The notes under the pieces were generated by a model, which had not been told where the DNA came from, did no database searches, and worked only from the letters and a program-made list of their open reading frames with translations. 64,000 nucleotides of DNA from Eledone cirrhosa (lineage: Eukaryota), in the NCBI GenBank assembly GCA_964016885.1, contig OZ024757.1, positions 37,262,001 to 37,326,000 on the forward strand, given 5' to 3'. Below are positions 61,217 through 64,000 of this stretch, piece by piece. A program made the translations under genes and the position numbers. How positions within the stretch are numbered: position 1 is the first letter of the stretch; the number at the start of each line of letters is the position of its first letter.

Positions 61217-63383
61217 CATATATTTAAGAGTTAAACAAGGTTCAATGAATACATCAAAGAATGAGTTTTATCTGATGAGGACGTACTGTTGAACCTAACT
61301 CAGTACCTCTGAAATATGTATAATAAAATATAATTGATCACAAGAATATCTAACTTGTTAATATTTTAAATTTATATATATATATATTTTTCAATTCAAT
61401 TCAATCCCTTTTAACTCCTATTGAAAGGAACCCCTCCCTGGTTTACCTCCACCGTTTTCAGTTTTAGTGTTGGTCATGTCAGGGGTGTAGTCGTATTCAC
61501 CACGCTTGGCCAACTGCAGGTTGGTAAGGCTATTTAATTCATAGCTGGGTAAACTCATTTCTACAGCTGAGTGAGCTAAAGTGTTTTGCTCAAGAACACA
61601 GCTCAAAGCCCTGTATAAGTCCGACACTCTAATCAACAAGCCATGCACCTTCATATACCCCCCCCCACACATATAAAGAAATAAATGGTTGGTTTACCAG
61701 TTTTTTAATTTCACATTTTTGAATGAGAATATGCCCATAAGTACAATTCATTGTAACTTCACCTTTAACGTATTTCCCGTACAGGTACCTATGAAGAAAA
61801 TAGTAGTAATAATAATTGTTTCTACTTTAGGCACAAGGCCAGCAATTACCCAGTGTATTACTGGTACTTTATTTTATCGACCCCGTAAGGATGAAAGGCA
61901 AAGTTAACCTCGGTGGGATTTGAACTGAGAATGGCAAGGAGGGCCGTAACTCTATGCGTCAAAGCATGGTGTCCGACCCTCTACCGTTACTGCCAATCCA
62001 CCACCAGTAGTAGTAATAGTAATAATAATGTAGTAGTATATAGTATATAGAAATAGTAGTAATAATAATGGTTTCTTGTATAGGCACAAGGCCAACAATT
62101 TGGGGAGAGAGGAGAGTCAATTAAATTGACCCCAGTGCATTACTGGTACTTTATTTTATTGACCCTGTAAGGATGAAAGGCAAAGTTAAACTCGGCAGAA
62201 TTTGAAAACCAGGATAAGCTCTGGCCTGATGAGCCCCTGGCTTAACCCTTTAGCATTCAAACCCGCCATATCTGCCAGAATTCTCTCATCTCTCTCTGTT
62301 CAAACTGGCCACAACTGGCCACTTATACTGATGTTAAGGTATTGTTCTCAAAATAAATAATACCAAAATTTCATAGATTTGATATTATGTGAGATATTAT
62401 GTGAGATAAAGCCTTTACTGTGAAAATACAATAGTATATATAGAGTAATGTAAATGTTATGTGAGATAAAGCCTTTACTGTGAAAATACAATAGTATATA
62501 TAGAGTAATGTAAATGTTATGTGAGATAAAGCCTTTACTGTGAAAATACAATAGTAAATATTGAGTAATGTAAATGTTATGTGAGATAAAGCCTTTACTG
62601 TGAAAATACAATAGTAAATATTGAGTAATGTAAATGTTATGTGAGATAAAGCCTTTACTGTGAAAATACAATAGTAAATATTGAGTAATGTAAATGGTAA
62701 AGAGTTAAAGACAGACATTAGAAGTACTGCAGCTGATTTAATCAACTTTTCTCTCCTTTAATATTGAAGGGGAGTGATGAGGAGGGATTGAACGAGGGAA
62801 GTATATGATTCACGTATAGAGGGGAAAGAGTATTGGGTTAGAAGATGGGAGAGGAAGAGTGGTGGATAGAGTGGTTGAATAGGGAAGCTGCATCAGCAAC
62901 ATGACAGGATAGTAAAAGGAGTTTGTCTATCTGAATAATATAAACTATAGGGAATCCATCATTCAGTGTATATATCTATAACAAACTTTGGTATTTTGTT
63001 GATTAGGAATTATACATATTGCAGTGAATGATATGAACATGTGGTTAGAATGTCTCAGGAAAGAATCGCTGAACAGATTTTACTGGTAAAACCAACCAAC
63101 AGGAGACCCAGGGGTAGACCCCAAGCAAGATGGTTGGATAACACCCATGAGCTTGGCTGGTCTCACTTGAGGATCCATGTGGATCAGTTGGAGATGGTTG
63201 CTTCCGACAGGACCTGTTGGAAGGAGCTTTTGAGGACTCTGCCCCCACGACTCTCTCAGGAATAAGTGGGAGAAGAAGAAGGGAAATATTCATACTTTGC
63301 CTTTGTTGTCACGACAACGTTCTTTGTGCTCTTCAGGATAAATCGGGGACGTACATTAATGGCAACCTCAAATACAGGTAGCA
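33116..63383 (-). CDS. C3: Complement C3-like thioester protein, 33 coding exons in window, 5'-partial (signal peptide/MG1/MG2 lie beyond the window end)
   Basis: Hand-spliced GT-AG exons join in frame to about 1,450 codons: VLPVFEV (MG3), GCSPGGG linker, RTKR/S beta-alpha site, six-Cys [47 protein letters not shown]8, C345C, TAA at 33116-33118. Confidence 0.93.
33475..33601 (-). CDS. C3: C3-like exon (…[16 protein letters not shown]...)
   Basis: cag/gtaagt sites, CxCP.L..G..YLVM C345C/NTR motif. Confidence 0.92.
33630..33832. repeat. 31-bp minisatellite
   Basis: GGGTATTAGAGTAGGTATTGAGTACAGCTCA units. Confidence 0.9.
34222..34296 (-). CDS. C3: C3-like exon ([25 protein letters not shown])
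   Basis: cag/gtaaga sites, phase 1-1. Confidence 0.85.
34420..34635 (+). mobile_element. SINE with RTE-type tail (CCCATGCTAGC.TGGAA...GACGTTAAAC(GAT)n); also at about 25535-25730, 44255-44410, 60540-60698
   Basis: 3' tail shared with the RTE fragment at 52818-53044. Confidence 0.7.
35302..35394 (-). CDS. C3: C3-like exon ([10 protein letters not shown]...KKACIKDQI)
   Basis: cag/gtaaat sites, start of C345C domain. Confidence 0.88.
35839..35906 (-). ncRNA. Hammerhead motif, family A
   Basis: Minus strand CTCTGT-CTGATGA-GATCCAGACG/CGTCTGTGATC stem-GAAAC-CTTTG-GTA-ATGAAG. Confidence 0.6.
36291..36386 (-). CDS. C3: C3-like exon (SCTKFY...[14 protein letters not shown])
   Basis: cag/gtaagt sites, CTKFY and anchor CxC. 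Confidence 0.93.
36565..36673 (-). CDS. C3: C3-like exon (VPYYKD...[14 protein letters not shown])
   Basis: tag/gtgagc sites, PAxxxVYxYY motif. Confidence 0.92.
36959..37030 (-). CDS. C3: C3-like exon ([24 protein letters not shown])
   Basis: cag/gtaaat sites, phase 0-0, LY motif of MG8. Confidence 0.88.
37560..37800. repeat. 51-bp minisatellite
   Basis: CAGTGTGGACTGGGCACTTTTTGTTGAGTCACCAACAC units. Confidence 0.88.
37833..37920 (-). CDS. C3: C3-like exon (MG8, [20 protein letters not shown]...)
   Basis: cag/gtaact sites, RYLG...M......LLTG motif. Confidence 0.93.
38229..38327 (-). CDS. C3: C3-like exon ([14 protein letters not shown]...SICMTIYLR)
   Basis: cag/gtgaga sites, phase 2-2. Confidence 0.87.
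38830..39090 (-). mobile_element. Heavily decayed CR1-like LINE fragments
   Basis: KLYADDTK readable on the minus strand near 38853-38876. Confidence 0.45.
39560..39780. repeat. Three GC-rich tandem units of about 77 bp
   Basis: GCGCTGAAATAACCAGGTACCCTCA repeated three times. Confidence 0.85.
40145..40270. repeat. Perfect 60-bp inverted repeat with a 6-nt spacer, part of a TA-inserted short element
   Basis: 40145-40204 is the exact reverse complement of 40211-40270; related copies at about 50900-51087, 29160-29210 and 32080-32140. Confidence 0.9.
41509..41678 (-). CDS. C3: C3-like exon (…[14 protein letters not shown]...TCHFNISY...[11 protein letters not shown])
   Basis: tag/gtgaat sites, GxG..Q....Y and C.F motifs, phase 2 matches next exon. 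Confidence 0.88.
41700..41912. repeat. (GATAGATAGACT)n 12-mer array abutting a C3 splice acceptor
   Basis: Direct tandem copies. Confidence 0.95.
42169..42204 (+). ncRNA. Mutated copy of the 50620 hammerhead (GAAA to AAAA)
   Basis: Same element family as 50533-50690; core G12 lost. Confidence 0.55.
42747..42905 (-). CDS. C3: C3-like exon ([12 protein letters not shown]...)
   Basis: tag/gtaagc sites, [12 protein letters not shown] motif. Confidence 0.95.
43645..43865 (-). CDS. C3: C3-like exon (YRYW...VEATAYALL...[10 protein letters not shown]...FKSTQ)
   Basis: tag/gtaaga sites, VExTAYALL and STQ motifs. Confidence 0.95.
44551..44725 (-). CDS. C3: C3-like exon (…ATKFLE...[12 protein letters not shown]...KLNNMA)
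   Basis: cag/gtaaat sites, AIxxYAL motif. Confidence 0.92.
44985..45062 (-). CDS. C3: C3-like exon ([26 protein letters not shown])
   Basis: tag/gtaagt sites, TAFVLIxL motif. Confidence 0.93.
45303..45349 (+). ncRNA. Type I hammerhead ribozyme motif, intact core
   Basis: TGCT-CTGATGA-t-TCCAGA/TCTGGA-t-GAAAC-AATT-GTC-AGCA. Confidence 0.8.
45688..45768. mobile_element. Tc1/mariner-type MITE
   Basis: TA-(C)AGGTGTCCC...GGGACACCCTG-TA inverted termini. Confidence 0.6.
45959..46115 (-). CDS. C3: C3-like exon with catalytic His ([12 protein letters not shown]...PVIHKEMM)
   Basis: tag/gtgaga sites, His codon at 45971-45973. Confidence 0.95.
46310..46870 (-). mobile_element. CRE-like non-LTR retrotransposon 3' fragment, frameshifted
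   Basis: CHCG.....GQHSLSC finger and C-terminal [13 protein letters not shown] typical of RLE-type CRE elements. Confidence 0.65.
47053..47128 (-). CDS. C3: C3-like exon ([26 protein letters not shown])
   Basis: tag/gtgagt sites, DGSYAAF...STW motif, 94-bp upstream intron. Confidence 0.94.
47223..47411 (-). CDS. C3: C3-like exon with thioester motif ([15 protein letters not shown]; GCGEQ at 47329-47343)
   Basis: aag/gtaaga sites, intact GCGEQ. Confidence 0.96.
47465..47793 (-). mobile_element. tRNA-derived CORE-like SINE; also at about 14905-15236, 40563-40850, 60361-60500 (+) and 61540-61652 (-)
   Basis: TGGCTTAGTGGTTAGAGC A box, GAGTT(C/T)GATTC B box, CTTGAGCAAGACACTTT core. Confidence 0.8.
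48085..48186 (-). CDS. C3: C3-like exon (CUBg, ...[17 protein letters not shown])
   Basis: cag/gtaagc sites, PxDAIxGS motif. Confidence 0.9.
48625..48679 (+). ncRNA. Type I hammerhead ribozyme motif
   Basis: ACTGC-CTGAAGA-long stem II (ACAGCCA/TGGCTGT)-GAAAT-ATAT-ATA-GCAGT. Confidence 0.72.
49239..49353 (-). CDS. C3: C3-like exon ([38 protein letters not shown])
   Basis: cag/gtaagt sites, EG...LDP motif. Confidence 0.9.
50271..50483 (-). CDS. C3: C3-like exon (MG7, EGICS...VIPLWTG...IRKTLRVQ)
   Basis: aag/gtaagt sites, phase 0-0. Confidence 0.9.
50620..50655 (-). ncRNA. Minimal Penelope-type hammerhead motif
   Basis: Minus strand TCTT-CTGATGA-A-GGAC-TAGT-GTCC-GAAACGTT-AAGA. Confidence 0.7.
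51681..51905 (-). mobile_element. RTE-type LINE 3' fragment
   Basis: Same family as 1262-1487; ends [11 protein letters not shown]. Confidence 0.8.
52102..52330 (-). CDS. C3: C3-like exon ([14 protein letters not shown]...[21 protein letters not shown])
   Basis: cag/gtaagt sites, MG6b/MG7 motifs. Confidence 0.93.
52818..53044 (+). mobile_element. RTE LINE 3' end with (GAT)n tail
   Basis: [17 protein letters not shown]...DRDKWR motif. Confidence 0.8.
53140..53233 (-). CDS. C3: C3-like exon, alpha'NT region ([31 protein letters not shown])
   Basis: cag/gtaagt sites (alternative in-frame tag acceptor at 53239), FPES motif. Confidence 0.88.
53817..53975 (-). CDS. C3: C3-like exon, anaphylatoxin domain (DFCCISG...NCTES...[10 protein letters not shown])
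   Basis: cag/gtgagt sites, CC-x10-C-x14-C-x6-CC. Confidence 0.92.
54249..54372 (-). CDS. C3: C3-like exon ending in beta/alpha processing site (…VLKRTKRS)
   Basis: aag/gtagtc sites, R-X-K-R furin consensus. Confidence 0.9.
54945..55019 (-). CDS. C3: C3-like exon ([25 protein letters not shown], linker)
   Basis: (ttc)n-cag acceptor, gtgagt donor, GCxPGGG linker motif of C3. Confidence 0.92.
55051..56580. repeat. Minisatellite of about 43 bp, split by the LINE insertion
   Basis: GACAT(G/C)TGATAGCCTGGTCAATCTAAGACCAGTTATATA units on both sides of 55160-56327. Confidence 0.92.
55160..56327 (+). mobile_element. 5'-truncated CR1/L2-group LINE with intact RT C-terminal frame, duplicated 3' UTR and (TTA)n tail
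   Basis: [30 protein letters not shown] motifs; no stops to 56033; microsatellite tail. Confidence 0.92.
56698..56853 (-). CDS. C3: C3-like exon (LKLSTT...[26 protein letters not shown])
   Basis: cag/gtaagt sites, MG6 VxLxAVDxAVYxL motif. Confidence 0.93.
57202..57390 (-). CDS. C3: C3-like exon (MIGNGKIV...[10 protein letters not shown]...EIVADS...VQDVC)
   Basis: cag/gtttgt sites, MG5 motif RxxxYY..E.VADS. Confidence 0.92.
57847..57915 (-). CDS. C3: C3-like exon ([23 protein letters not shown])
   Basis: aag/gtaaga sites, phase 0-0. Confidence 0.85.
58290..58710. repeat. Minisatellite of about 58 bp
   Basis: CCCCACTAAAACAGGGGTTAG...CTAACAACAA units. Confidence 0.88.
58779..58907 (-). CDS. 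C3: C3-like exon (VTTADYHL...[11 protein letters not shown]...GYK)
   Basis: cag/gtaagt sites, YxSxSGxFL motif. Confidence 0.9.
59301..59477 (-). CDS. C3: C3-like exon ([10 protein letters not shown]...FWREFTIT)
   Basis: aag/gtgagt sites, phase 0-0, open frame. Confidence 0.85.
60060..60275 (-). CDS. C3: C3-like exon (LYQGKT...[24 protein letters not shown])
   Basis: cag/gtatgt sites, SPY..FKPGLPY motif. Confidence 0.92.
61266..61328 (+). ncRNA. Type I hammerhead ribozyme motif
   Basis: TTTTAT-CTGATGA-stem II (GTACTG/CAGTAC)-GAAAT-ATGT-ATA-ATAAAA. Confidence 0.7.
61698..61788 (-). CDS. C3: C3-like exon ([30 protein letters not shown])
   Basis: tag/gtaaac sites, YxYGKxVxG motif of MG3, phase matches neighbours. 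Confidence 0.9.
62242..62708. mobile_element. piggyBac-type MITE with about five 60-bp internal tandem copies
   Basis: Same termini; 60-bp period visible line-to-line at 62401-62700. Confidence 0.85.
63037..63280 (+). mobile_element. RTE LINE 3' end with (GAA)n tail
   Basis: HVVRM...RPRGRP..RW.D...DR..W motif. Confidence 0.78.
63296..63383 (-). CDS. C3: C3-like exon (MG3 start, [30 protein letters not shown])
   Basis: cag acceptor, gtatg donor, VLPxFEV motif. Confidence 0.9.
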
Positions 63384-64000
63384 CTGAGCAATGAGAGAAA
63401 AGAATAGATTGAGATGTGAAGAGATCAAATCTTGATCTCTTCACTTCTGGTAAATATTGCACAGAAATCATAGAATAAATACAATAATAAAGACACACAA
63501 TATTTCACATTATTCAGTGAAGGCCATCAGCTGAGATATGTAGATATGTATGTATATATGTATGTATGTATGTAGATATGTATGTATGTATGTAGATATG
63601 TATGTATGTATGTAGATATGTATGTAGATATGTATGTATGTAGATATATATGTATGTATGTAGATATGTATGTATATATGTATGTATGTAGATATGTATG
63701 TAGATATGTATGTATGTATGTAGATATGTATGTATGTATGTAGATATGTATGTAGATATGTATGTAGATATGTATGTATGTATGTAGATATGTATGTAGA
63801 TATGTATGTATGTATGTATGTAGATATGTATGTATGTAGATATATATGTATGTATGTAGATATGTATGTATGTATATATGTAGATATGTATATATGTAGA
63901 TATGTATGTATGTAGATATGTATGTATGTAGATATGTATGTAGATATGTAGATATGTATGTATGTATGTAGATATGTATTTATGTATGCATGCATGTATG

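Overview
AT-rich eukaryotic genomic DNA full of (TA)n/(CA)n microsatellites; the repeat families and gene content suggest a mollusc, probably an octopus-like cephalopod (inference). Almost all ORFs in the supplied track are microsatellite artefacts. (1) A minus-strand complement C3-like gene, read by hand as 33 GT-AG exons (63383 down to the stop at 33116, about 1,450 codons, all splice phases consistent). It has an RTKR beta/alpha site, a six-Cys anaphylatoxin domain, the GCGEQ thioester, the catalytic His (PVIHKEM) and a C345C domain; its 5' end lies beyond the window. (2) The 3' end of an unidentified plus-strand gene made of short frame-preserving phase-1 exons (51, 48, possibly 21, and 24 nt) and a terminal exon at 19992-20203. 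(3) Dense mobile DNA: TTAA piggyBac-type MITEs, tRNA-derived SINEs, a young 5'-truncated CR1-type LINE, and RTE, Dong/R4 and CRE fragments. (4) The most notable unannotated signal: at least six different short, non-coding element families in (TA)n tracts, each carrying a type I hammerhead ribozyme fold (CUGANGA...GAAA...NUH), often within fold-back palindromes. These resemble Penelope-like or retrozyme-type elements, and some lie in the sense orientation inside C3 introns.
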